Positions 11,714 to 23,934 of a DNA stretch of 64,000 nucleotides are shown here, in pieces; within the stretch, counting starts at the first letter, position 1, and every line of letters begins with the position of its first letter. Below the pieces are notes generated by a model that was given only the letters and a program-made list of their open reading frames with translations, did no database searches and was not told where the DNA came from. The DNA comes from Klebsormidium nitens (lineage: Eukaryota > Plantae > Klebsormidiophyceae), in assembly GCA_000708835.1 (NCBI GenBank), contig DF237380.1:14673-78672 (forward strand), given 5' to 3'. The position numbers and the translations under genes are program-made.

Positions 11714-14700
11714 CTACGCCAACTTTTTGAAAGAGATTCTCTCCAGCATCTCCTCAAGAGCATCAACGCAAAACTGGCAAAGCACTTCCGGATCTGGAAC
11801 AACCTCCTTGATCGAACACGCGATGAACTTGACCTTGCCCCGGTAGCTAACAAAATGAACGATGAGGCCTTGTGACGTGCCCACCACTGTGGGCGTGAGC
11901 GTGGTCACAGGGACGCCCGCCAGCGTCACGGGCTCGGCAGGGCCTACCACGTTAGACAGCGAAATGGACGTTTGGACGATCGTACGTTTGGTCGCGAAAA
12001 CGGCCGCCTGCAAAAATCGGGAAGAGCGTGAGGTCGCACGAGTGGCTTCCTTTGGTCGTCCGATGGGTTCGTCCTCTTCTTGATGTGCGGGTTCTCTCTG
12101 CTATTCTGTCCGCTGTCGTCTGAGAAAGAAGCAGCTGAGAGGTAGACTAGACGGGACTTGCAATCTACTCGAGACTGTGGACTACGACTTACTGGGCGGT
12201 TTGCAGATCAAGACAGAGCGGGTTTGCATTCGTTGCCCAATAAGCATTGACTCTTGACCCAGTCTCCTACAGCGCTTTGAACATCATACCGCGAGGAGGA
12301 GGAAGAACGAAGTCCGAATCGGACCCCAAACTATGCTCAGCTACTTCGCAGGCTCTCTACATCGGAGAGGGAAGTATTCACTCGCAACCAAGATTACCAA
12401 AGTGTTCCCTGAGACGTCTGGAAACAGACCACACAATCCTGAATATCCTGCCAGGAATAGCCAACCCGGTGAACTCTTCTGCTTCCGTCACACTCCTCCT
12501 AAGATCCCCTTTCTGTATGCAGCTCGCAAAAGCGGAATAGGACCTACCGAGGGGCCGAAACTGTTTAGGATCTGGACGCCGTTCCACGCCGTGAACCACG
12601 CCTCGATGGAGTTCTTTGCCATCGCCGTCTCGCGTCGCACCATCCGGACACGCACCAACGGGTCGCGGACCTGCAGCCGGACGTCAGCGGACGTTAGCGG
12701 CCGAAAAATCGGCCACAGTGAATGGGAGGGCCGGTCGTCTCGGTTCACATTGAGCGAAGAGACAGTCCTTTCTGCTTCGAGAGATATCTTCCTGCAGCCG
12801 GACGTCAGCGGAAGCCAGCGAACATGAGCCGAGTATCAGCGGCCAACCTGTGAGAAGACCGGTCGTTATGAATGGCCACAGAGAAACTATTGCAATTCGC
12901 TTGGAGGCTACTCCTGCAGCCAGACGTCAGTAGACGCCGGCGGACGTCAGCAGACGGTCAGTTGGCAGGAGCTATTAGAAAATCGGTCGTTCTGACTTAG
13001 AGGATCTGATGATCTCTAATCCACCTTTGGAAAAGGTGGACCTGCACCCGGACGTCCGTGGACGGTCGGTTCACCTCGGTCTAACGGAGGACCCGGAGCA
13101 GGACGTTCGGAAAGGGCCAGCGATTGCTTTCGTCAGACCTGAGTTATCTAGCTTAACGTAAAAGAGGCTCCAACAATCATCCAACGTAATCGGTACTTCT
13201 GGGCAGATGTAGGTCTAGCTGCTCAGCATATTTACAACGTAAACTCCCGCGCCTGGAAAGCGAGCCGCCCCGCAAACACCGCGGACAGCGGAGTTCGAAG
13301 AGCGTCCAGTTGGAGAACAAAGGGAAGCAGAATGAAGAACAAGTTTGGAGCCTGGGTTTCGCAAACCAGAAAACTCCTGACCCGGGACCTTCAGCTTCTC
13401 AGGCCCCAATTCGTTCCCCCAGCAAATAGAAACCTATAACAGGAAATGTCTTCCAATCCGACGGTTACAAACACTTGCAAACCCCAAAGTTTCGAAAGTT
13501 TGAAATGCCACGATCTTTTGACCACCTTCAAGAGGATCACGCACCTGATTCACCGGCAGGGGTAGCAAGACATACCCCATCTCATTCCCCCAGACAACAG
13601 AAGAACCTTGCACACCGGTGTTATCCTCCAACTGGCAACTTTTCGAGTCTCGGAAGTCTACACACTTGTTACAAACGACCTGAGAAAAGTCCCAAGAACG
13701 CACCTGGTCCACCGGCAGGGGCAGCATGACATACCCCATCTCGTTCCCCCACCGCGCCTGCGACCCGCCCCGCATCATCGCGTCTAACTCCTGCACCCCG
13801 GGGGACTTCCGAATGTTCACGAGCGCCAAAGCTCGCACTCGCAACCTCTTAGGCACGTACCACCGTTTTCGCGTCTCTCCCCCCCCCTCCTCGGCGGGCT
13901 TTTCGTCCCCCTGTTTCGAGGGGCTGTAACTGCTGCTCGGAAGCTCTCCGTCAGGCTCCCCCGAATCGGTGGGAAGGGCTTCCGAGGGAAGGCGCGAGGC
14001 GAGGCGGTCGGAGAGGGCCTGTGCGCGGGCGGCGAGGCCGTCGACGTCAGCGGTGACGTCAGCCGGGTCGTCGTTGGTCTCTCGCGCCTTGAAATACCTG
14101 TGGGGAGGAGTCTCTTGAGAATGTCGCTAGGAGAAATGAAGCAAAGCCATCGTATATTCCGCTTTCTGGCGCTCTGCTCAGTTAAAAGAAACCGCATCAG
14201 AAACCGAACGACATGATTAATGAGTGGTTTGTGAGAAACCGTCAGTACGTACAGCCAGCAGTGGGCAAAGGGCTCGTCAAACCCGTTATGCCCCTGCGAA
14301 GTTAGCACTGCCCCAGGTCTCAAATTGCTGTTACTGCTGGAATATGGGGCTGTCAAGTAGTCAGTGTATCGGAGAGGAAAGGGGGCAGCTCCGAAAAGCA
14401 TAAGCCGGCCTTTGCACTATTGATTTGTCTCGTTTTGCTAGTGTTTGCAAAAACCCTCCGGATCCTCCTACTCTTAATAGCTTGCGTACAAAACGACCTT
14501 TTTGAGGAGAGTGCCAGGAATCGGGCAGAGGGGCTCAGTCTTTAGCGTATAAAACAATATCCTCTTCCTCGAGACAGTCTTTCCCAACGTTTATATCGGT
14601 CGCACGCCCCCTCAATCCTCACCTGTTGAGCCCCCCCCCTAGGCACGCCACCAACACATCATTTGCGGTTGCGCCCCCCCCCACAGCCCGCGCCACCGCC

Positions 14701-16132
14701 TTCACGTCCGCCAACGCCACTTCGCAACTGCTCGCGAGCACCTTCTCGCAGTGCTGCATCCCGTCTCTCGCTTTCACGGGGGTCTCCGAGTCGCGCACTA
14801 CGGCCGTCATCGCCACGAACCGCCAGATGAGCACAAGCGAGTTCCAGAAGATAATTAGAAACCTCAGCAGTGCCCGGAGCAGTCTCATCACGAGGGGGGC
14901 GTCGCTCTTCTGCGCAGCGGGCCGGGGGTTGGCCCCCGGGATCGAGGGGAGCGCCCGCGCATCCCCGGACTGGCGTGTGGCGGCAATCAGGAGCGCGATA
15001 AGTGATGTGCCGTCGCCCAGGCTATGGTGGATCCTGAGAACTAGGCTGGCGGGACGGCGCGCTCCGGGGGGGTGCGTTAGCAGGTGCGCTTGCCAAAGAG
15101 GGTAGCGGGGGTCGAGGGGGTGCGTCGTGGCCAGCTTTGCGGTGTAGTGCTCTGCGGGGTCGACGGAGGGGTCAGCGAGGCCGACCTCCGAGGGGGCTTC
15201 GAAGACGTGGCGAGAGAGGTCCACTTCCACGGGGCACCACTCGGGGGCGCGGAAGCGGCCGCCCGGCTTCTGCATTCGCAGAGGACGGGACTGTTATGAA
15301 GGAACTTTGTAGCACCCAGGCTAGCCGCAGTCGTGCTGCGATTCCTAGGAAGGGGGGAGACATGTGAGCTACCAAAGAAGTGTCAAATAAAACGTTATGG
15401 CGGTTCTGCAGTTAGAGGGGGGAAGGAAGGCGAAGAAAAGCTTTCCTACCAATGACATGATGACAGGTCAGCTGCTTAACTTCATTCGAGATGGAGTAAA
15501 AAGAAGCGGGGAACACTTGATATATGTAGCCATGGAGGGAGCGCCTAACTTTCAGTTTGTTCTGGTGGGACTCTGTCAACCTGATCTCGCTTTTGTAAGG
15601 GCACTTCCACACAATTGACCATGTGCTTAATGACGTAGACGTCGCTTGATTGCCAGAGCCTATCCAACGCAATTGCAGCCAACTTTTTCACCTCATTGCT
15701 CCTCGCCAGCCTCGTCAATCTAAACCTTGATTTCTGCAGGGTATCGATTGGGACCCTGTACCTGGGACTTCAAGGTATGACATCTGTCCTGAATTGAAGC
15801 ACCAACCCTTGAGCACTCACCATGATACTGTGGAAGCGCCTGTGCTTCACCAGCGTCCCCCGCAAAAACTCCTGCATGTGCTGCAACCCCGGTTTCTCCG
15901 CCAGTCCCACAACGCACAGAATCACAACATTCATGTCCGGCTGCGAGAAGGCTTGCCCGACAGGCGTCACAGGGCTCGTAGGCTCGTCATCAGCAGGCGT
16001 AAACTTCACTGCAGGGCCAGGCTCTGTACGATTCTCGCCGGTCTTCAGCGGCCTCAGCCTCAGAGAAGCGGCCTTGGCCAGCTGTTTAATCCCATCGACC
16101 TCGCGCGAATGACTCTGAGTGGGTTCCTCCAT
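11714..16132 (-). CDS. WSD: WSD-family wax ester synthase/diacylglycerol acyltransferase, multi-exon
   Basis: Exons about 16132-15821, 15272-14624, 14098-13705, 12669-12548 and 12008-11714. Contains RIHHSLGDGTSL (HHxxxDG catalytic motif), PLWQAHLL, WGNEMGY, SNVVGP and SYRGKV (WS/DGAT C-terminal domain). Confidence 0.92.
12640..13110. repeat. Decayed tandem copies of a WSD acceptor junction
   Basis: cctgca(g/c)cc(g/a)gacgtc.g at about 12670 (true), 12791, 12912 and 13040. Confidence 0.7.
13390..13790. repeat. Duplicated WSD exon 3' end and donor
   Basis: gcacctg..tccaccggcagggg.agca.gacataccccatctc.ttcccc at about 13541 and 13700 (true); a remnant at about 13403. Confidence 0.75.
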
Positions 16133-16637
16133 TCCACCTGCGTCAATTCTCTGCCTCAAGCCTGGAAACGTCTCTCCCAACAAAAGCATGCACTGGACAA
16201 GCTTTGAAAGCTGCTTTCAAAAGACCATCTGCTCCAGACATCCGGCACGCATTGCTGCACAAGTGTACCTACACTGACAGTGACAATTGGCAATTGCCCC
16301 ACCTGGAGGTCCTTTTAAGTTTTAGAAGGTGCAGGTGTATTATTCGCAGGTTAAGAAGTTTTACAAGCACAACCTTATTAAGTATTGGCTGCCCACTACA
16401 GTACGTAGTAGTGTTGGCTGAGTACTAGTTCTTCAGATTGTCAAACCTAAACCCATCCTTTAACCCATCCCTAAAACGGTTCAACTTCTTTCACATGGAA
16501 CGATGCTGTACATAGTTAAGAATCAAACTTCAAAGAGAACAGAAGGAAAGTTGGGGAGGGAAAATGCAGCATTGCACCTGTAACGCCCTGTACTGAAGGG
16601 GCAGGCTAGGTACTCAAGGTGCAAGCCGTCCATTCCA

Positions 16638-19600
16638 ATGGCGTTAGCGCGTGCACACATACGCGTCCACTCCCAAACCGCCAGATGTGTGACCACCTTC
16701 CAGAGGCAGCGGCAGCATCTGCTCCAAGAACCACTCCATACTTTGAGCAGCAGAGACCTGCGTGTGCTGACAAGTGGCAGCTCGCCATTCGTTGGCATGG
16801 CCCAAAGGCCCCAGCTACTGAAAAAATGCTTGGAAGCCCAGCCTGTCTTTCAGAAGAGATGTCGAGCGATGGCGACGAGCGCCTCGAATGCTGACGTCAC
16901 CACCGGATCCATCAAGCAACTACAGGGAGACCTGCGCTCGGGCGCCAGATCAGCAGTGGAAGTGGCCAAGGAGTATCTGGAGCGGGTGGCAAAAACGGAG
17001 CCGTCCGTCAGAAGTTTCCTCCATGTTGCGGAGGAGTCTGCTTTGGAGCAGGCGGCCGCAATTGATAGAGCGATTGAGGGTGGGAAGGCACTGGGGCCGC
17101 TAGCAGGGGTCCCCATCGGTGTCAAGGTCAGCGTCTCGCTTAAGGAAGTTGGATCTTGGTCAAAACCTCTGGATCGGTGCTACCAGTTTGTCAAAAGCTT
17201 AATGGTTTCAATCCACGATGCAAGTGGTGGTATGGTTCAGAATGCCAAAATTAGGCAACAACAGACCAGTCCAGTAATCTTACAGGAGTACTCTCAACAG
17301 GCATCCTGAAGGTGGCCAGACCGGGCCAGATCATTGATGAGAGAGAATGTACACTTGTTGCAGCTTCTACTTCACTTGCCTTTCCAGGACTTCTTACAAT
17401 CTTGCAGGAAAAATCTTCTTGCTTGCCACCACTACCACCAAGAAGGCACGATGCAGGCCCTGCAGCCGGTCAAGTTTTGTTGCTTGGTCAGCTTTCTTTT
17501 TCCCCCCAAACAAAGCTCTGATTGACCGAGTCTCTATATTCACGCACTCAGACATTGGTCTGAATGCAACCTCGTCCTCCAAAGCGAAAGTACAGTATGC
17601 TTCAATCAGACATCAGGAAGGATAACTTGTGCATAGTTATGTACTTCTATCAACCTAGTATCTCCTGATTTGTAGCACCCCCTTTCCAGGACAACATCTG
17701 CACAAAGGGCCTCCCCAGCACAGGGGGCTCCCGCATCCTGGAAAACTTTACCCCCCCCTACGATGCCACCGCTATCGCTCGGCTCAAGGCCGCGGGAGCC
17801 GTCATTATCGGTAAGATGAACTGCGACGAGTTTGGCATGGGCAGCAGTACTGAGAATTCGGGTTACCACATAACTGCCAACCCCTGGGACTTAACCCGTG
17901 TTCCCGGGGGGTCTTCCGGGGGTTCGGCGGCGGGCGTAGCGGCGGGACAGGTGATGGCATCGCTGGGGAGCGACACGGGGGGGAGCATCCGGCAGCCAGC
18001 GAGCTTCTGCGGGGTGAGATGTCTAGCCTGCTGAATTCTACCTGTCAGGATGAGCTGGCGGCCTAGGTTAAGTCTAAAAGCAAGGTCTTCAAAGTGCAAA
18101 AGTGCATGACGAAATGATTTCGGTAGTGAGCACGTTCCACAATGTCAGACGCGCATCTCCTGACGCATCCCATTTTTTAATCGGCTCAAGTTCACTCTCG
18201 ATCAAGCCTTGTGTAAGGAGGTCGTTTGAAAGACCACGTGCAGATACCCAAACTCTACCTATTGTTTCACCAAGCACGAAAATCAGTCGTGCAGAATCGG
18301 AGTCTTCTTGACTTAGTGCCCCTGCTCTTGACACCGGCATTTGCCTCCCAGGTTGTCGGTCTGAAGCCCACATACGGGCTGGTGTCACGATATGGGCTGA
18401 TGGCTTATGCGTCCTCCCTCGACTGCATCGGGCCGCTTGCGAACAGTGTTGAGGATGCAGCCATCGTTTTGGGGGCCATGGCGGGGCATGATGAGGCGGA
18501 TTCGACCAGCGAAAAACAGGTTGGTCAGCTGCTTGCCGGCTCTGTCTAACTTAACCCTGGGCGAGTCAGAGCTTTTGCTCGTTGCCAGTGTATGTGTGGT
18601 ATCAGGACCTTGCAAAGACATTTCTACGAATTTTACGAAGCCTGAGTACGTGTGGTACGTTCTATTGCTATCTAGAAGGAGCCGTTTCGTTTTCGAGAAG
18701 AAAGACCCCGTCCCAAATGGCGTACGACCAGCCTCGAATGAGAGTCCGTTTGCAGCCACAGTGTGCTTTTGAATCGAGTGGAAGCCTTCGAGTTCGAGCA
18801 TCTTTACCGCGACTTCTCGATTTCGAACTTTCAATGCGGCTTGTGTTCCTCAGCAGTCTTTTCCAGAAACGGACGCCAAGTCTTGTACGTTTACAGATTC
18901 ATCTGCTGCGTCCATAAATGACAAGAACGCCCCACTTCCTCATAGGCACACTCTCTGCAGACTGCGACTGGTCTTTCATTTTTGCTTTTCTGGTCTCCAC
19001 GAAGGCTCCTTCTCGAGTTGCCAAGACTTGCGTCAGACGTGCGCTACCCCAAAAATAATACTTCCAATCCACCTTTCTAGGAAGAGAAGTCCAAATACTT
19101 CATTTCTTTGATACACCAAGGCGCCATACGACCCTCCTCGGCCCAGCTCCCGAATGCTTCCCCTCTAGATCATCCCAACCTTTTTGACATCCTGACTTTC
19201 TCCCACTTGGCAGGAGGTATTGACTTATTTCTTGAATATATATGGCGCCTTCGACATTTCTATGCGCCATTCCTATGCCCAGGTGCCGCAATGTTCCACT
19301 TATGCAGGAAGTGCCTGACTACACCGCCAATTTCCGCCCGGCCAGAAGCTTGATAGCCGGCCCCGCACTGGTGTGCGCCGAGGACTTATTCCTCAGGCAG
19401 TGCGTAAAACCCTCCACATTTCGATTCCCAACTTTTCTCATCCTCATCTCGCCAATCTCTTCGAAATTTGCAGAAAGTTCCCGACTACACCGCCAATCTC
19501 CGCCCGGCCAGCGAGCTCGACAGCCGGCCCCTCGCAGGTGTGCGCTTGGGGCTCATCTCGGAAACGATGGGGGAGGGGGTGGATCCGGGAGTGGTTACCG

Positions 19601-22600
19601 CAATCCAAGCTGCCGCGGCGCACTACGAGCAACTCGGGGCCGTTGTTGAGGAGGTGGGTCTCGCGTGCCTCTTTCTGAAATACAGTGGCCAAGAACAAGG
19701 ACTGCAGAAATTGCTACAACCCTTGCCCTCACAAACAGAGATCAAGCTTACAGCAATGATCTCTGCTTCATCAATATCGTTCGGGGAACCTCCAGAGAAA
19801 AAGCCCTTTCTGTTTCAGAATGCACTGACGTCGTCGCGTTGTTGACTGTGCCAGGTGTTGCTTCCTTTTTCCGGCAGGGGCTTTCCTGGATGCTGACGTC
19901 AGCAACGCTTTTCCACTGTGCCAGGTGTCGCTCCCGTCTTTCCGGCAAGGGTTGCCCGCCTATTACGTGCTGGCACCGTCGGAGGCCTCGTCGAACCTCT
20001 CACGATACGACGGAGTCAGGTGAGATCAGCTCAGTACCTCACAACGCACTGAGCGAACGTTCTCACCTGTTCCTCACAGCTCCCTGCTTGAAGACGTGTT
20101 GCCCCCTAGCTTTTCTGCTGAAGCGCTTCAGATGAACAGGGGATGGGGTTACGGTGTGCAGAGAACGCACACAGGATGAGGATCTCTTGACGCCGTTCGT
20201 GAAACGCAACGCCTCGCCGAGGCCCGAGCTTGGGAGCCAGTGGCTTCGAAAGCTTGGGCTGAGAGTACCGCAGATGCATCCAATGTGTCGCCTGGATCCA
20301 CCCAATTTTGTGCCCTCGTCGCTTTGTCCAACTGTCCAGAGACCTGTGGAACTTCGCAGTTGGTGCACTTTCGCGTCACATGATGCGAGCTGGTCTTGGG
20401 GTTCGCTAATGCATCTGTTAAAGCAGGTTGCAGAAATGTACGCCGAAATTGCAGCATCTCACACGAGAGCCTGACCTCTGAATCTGGTGATGGACACGTG
20501 GTCTTCGGCGGCAGGTACGGTCTGCGAGTGGAGGGCGACGAGCTGACGTCAATGTACGGAAAGACGCGCGACCAGGGGTTCGGCGCGGAGGTCAAGCGGC
20601 GGATCCTGATGGGCACGTACGCGCTCTCGGCAGGGTACTACGACGCGTTCTACAAGCGAGCGCAGCAGGTGAGCCGGCGGGCGGAGCGCCTGTGACCAGA
20701 GTTTCGGCCTTTTAGCTTTTGGGGTTTTGCAGTCCTGAGGGAAGTTATTTTTTTGGCAGCCCTCTGGAGGGACCCTTGTTTTCCCAGGATTAGTACATAT
20801 GGAGAACGGGACCTGCCGGTTCTTGACGTCTCCCCACATCGGGCGTTTCATGCCCAATTCAAGAGAGCCCAGATCGTCCAAGCTAAGCACGCTTGTAACA
20901 GTGCGTGCCTGATGAGCCACTCGGTTCTCGTGCTCTCTTTTATCCGGTTCTGAGAGATCGATCGGGAGGTCCACTCCGGCTCTGGTGAAAGTGCCCGCTC
21001 GGGGTTGACTTTCTGAATTGGTGCGTCGAGGAACTTTGTTGTAGAACGTGGTACGTCGTAGATCGGGGACCAAAGTGGGAGGAGAAGGCTCCGTGACCGG
21101 CAATTTGGAATTCTGTGTAGCCGCGTTTTTGGACAAAACTTTAGGATGAATGTCAGGATTCGACTGAGTCAAAGTTCGTCTTGGCGGCAGGTTCGACTGC
21201 AGTACAGCTGTTTGCGTCCAAATTGCCACCTTTACCTCCAGTCGGAAACCTTTGACACGATCTTAGACCGTCCGATCAGCAGAAGCTGGCCATCCGGACT
21301 GCCTAAGATCGTAACCGGCGAACCTCGCAGCTTTCGAGGGTGCAGATTTTCATGCAAACAGCTGTCCCTGAAGTACCCGGTTCTGCGGTCAGGCTCAGCC
21401 CGGCACGGCCCCTAAAGTGGGTCTCTGCTCTTTCACCTTCATCATAGACGGCTTTGGCCAGAGTAGGGGTTCGACTTTGACTGTTGATTGCAGGGAAGAT
21501 TACAAGGCGGGCGTTCGGGAGTCCTCTGCGAAGCCCGCGTTCCCGGACGCGCGAGTTCAGCACAGAAGAGTACGTCGGCAAACAAACCGGCAGAAAGACG
21601 ATATGTGTCCTCGCCTCAGAAGCTTTTGCGCTGCCCCGCAGGTCCGAACGCTGATACAGAGAGACTTCCAGTCCGTCCTGTCAAAGTACGATGCGCTGCT
21701 GTCACCCACGGTGCCCACAACTGCCTACCAAATAGGTGAGCCATCACATATTGGGGCCTTGCTCTCGCGGCGGCCTCGCTTCGCGAGGTTTTCTCGATTA
21801 TGGCCGCCTCGCCCAAGACTCGATCCAGGCTGTTCTTGGAATCGAGGCCGTCCGATGCTTTAGAGTGGGCAGTCTAACGGCACAGATTTGCAACTGGTGG
21901 AGGTCGAAGTCGTGTCGAGTGGCCCACTTTCACAAAACCTGCAGAGAAAGGAAGTTGCAGCTCCTGCAACGTGTCAGGCTTTCGGTGTCCTCTTTTGGGG
22001 CATGTATCACTGATGCGGCCGACTCGGCACGACTTGACGGGAAGCTTGCTTTGTTCAAATCCGGTCAAGTTGACACCGTCCAGTCTGGACTCTGCGTGAA
22101 ATTCAAGCGGATGTGAGATACCTTCACACAGAGACACGTCTTTAGCAGTCGGTCGGAAGCTGCCTTGGCGACCCGTCGACCGCAATCAGAGTTTGATAGT
22201 CGCCTTGCCATGCAGGAGAGAAAACGGAGGACCCGCTTTCTATGTACGTGGGGGACATCATGACCGTGAGTTGATTGACCCCCCTTTCGAGGAGTGTTTG
22301 CACTGTGAAACGTGTATGTACAATTTCTCCACAGCATAGGTGCCGATACCGTCGATTTGACTGGGCGTCCTGAAACACTCCAAATGAAGGCGGTTTTCAC
22401 CGCGCTCCGTTTCAGTGCCAACTACAGTCTCCAAGGCTAACTCCACCTTAACCCGCGATTGACGTTATCATCGGGTAAAGTTCGAGCAGACCTCTTGGTA
22501 CTTGAGAACCGTTGCAAAGAAAAGAGGCAGAACACAGTCGATTCTCGGACGGAGTCGATAACATTGACCATACTAAGTTTATGTAGTCGGCTTCAGCCCT

Positions 22601-23934
22601 TAGGAACTGCGAGTCACTCTGAGGGTGCGCTCGCAGACTCTCCCTGACTCTTCTGACCTGTCGCAAACGTACTTACTTGGGTCGCTGTCACTCGTTTCAT
22701 CACCCGGACAGTTTTCGGACGGGTTTGAAAAACTTCTGAACGTCTGGAACCTTCCGACCGCTGGGATCCCAGAGCCTGCTCGCGGCCAGGGTACAGGTCC
22801 CCCAAAACCTATGATATTGTTTCTCTATTTGAGCTGATCCGCTTGTCACGTCTAAGTCAGCTTTCTGCAGCACCAATCCGATAGGCCCTGCCGTGCGCCC
22901 CTTACCCGCCCCGGTTACGCGTGCAGGTTAACGTTAACCTGGCAGGGCTGCCAGCGCTCGTCGTCCCGTGCGGTCTAGACCAGGGTTTGCCGGTCGGTTT
23001 GCAGCTCGTGGGCCCCGCGTTTGGAGAGGTCAGTCCTCGCTTGGCTTTACTCGCTTGCATTTTAAGGTCGGGCCTCTACACTTCTCTTGCTGCTGCCCAA
23101 TCGTTCTGGTCTCGCCTTGATCATCGAAACCAAGGCACTGTCAGAAACAGCGTTAAGCGTCTTTACTATGTTCGCTGCGCAGACGACTTTGTTTTAGGGC
23201 TTATAGGTCATCCTTCAGAAGTCATTGCGATCAAAGATGGGACTACTTGTTGGCTCAAGACAAACCTACAGATGTCGTCTAGATCAGTCCAGCTTCGCTG
23301 CTGTGCAAAAGGCGGAGTCGCACGGGAGAGCTCACCACAGGCACCTAGCAGTCCTATCCAGAGACCGAGTTTGTTGGTTAACAACTCAAGCAACCAGGAT
23401 CTTCAGAGAAGCAAAATCGAAGCTTTGGCTCCTTGAACGGCCAAGCTTCGTCAGGGTACTGACTGTTTGCACCAGCAAAAGGTCGTCAAATCTCGGTATG
23501 CTGCTCCAAGCTGCTCATTCTGCGCCCTGAGTACCTTCAAACCCTAAAACCCGAAAACCCTAAAACCCGAAAACCTGAAAAATCTAAAAACCGCAGTGAC
23601 CTGTGTCACAGTCTCATGCGCCACAAGAGGAGCTCTATTTTCACATCCACCTTTATGTCTTTGATCCCGGGATCCCTCACCCTTCGGCAACCAGAGACAG
23701 CGCAAAGCCCCGTATTGTTTGCCAATGTAAAGGCAAACATAGTCGTTCGATGCACGAAGCTCTGAGGACTCGATCTTTCAGAAGTGCGCCTTCCGGCGCG
23801 CCGCCCTCTTTGACTCAACGGTCACACTCCTCTCCTCTTTGCAGGCCGAGTTGTTGCGCTTGGGGCACGTGTTTGAGCAGACCAACTCTACCTGGCGGAA
23901 TGCCGATCTCCCAGAGCTGGTTGTAGCTCGATGA
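16638..23934 (+). CDS. gatA: Glutamyl-tRNA(Gln) amidotransferase subunit A, organelle-targeted, about 10 exons
   Basis: Exons about 16638-17127, 17689-18014, 18352-18520, 19477-19654, 19926-20018, 20515-20667, 21642-21735, 22216-22266, 22927-23028, 23845-23934. Amidase signature [75 protein letters not shown]. The N-terminal extension resembles a transit peptide. Confidence 0.97.
19290..19960. repeat. Duplicated acceptor/exon-start segments in gatA introns
   Basis: gt.cc.gactacaccgccaat.tccgcccggccag at about 19311 and 19477 (true); actgtgccaggtgt.gct.cc.t.ttt.ccggca at about 19846 and 19916 (true). Confidence 0.75.
23150..23450 (+). pseudogene. Decayed group II intron reverse transcriptase/maturase fragment in the last gatA intron
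   Basis: [41 protein letters not shown] matches RT5-RT6 (YVRYADDF.IG..G.....IK..I..FL...L). A downstream KIEALAP*TAKLRQ resembles the maturase LxAP..I..KL segment. Confidence 0.75.
23538..23592. repeat. Interstitial telomere-like (CCCTAAAA)n degenerate tract
   Basis: aaaccctaaaacccgaaaaccctaaaacccgaaaacctgaaaaatctaaaaacc. Confidence 0.6.

Noticed and set aside
20549-21229. 226-aa antisense ORF in a gatA intron
   Set aside because: It overlaps a gatA exon antisense and has no RT, transposase or other motif.
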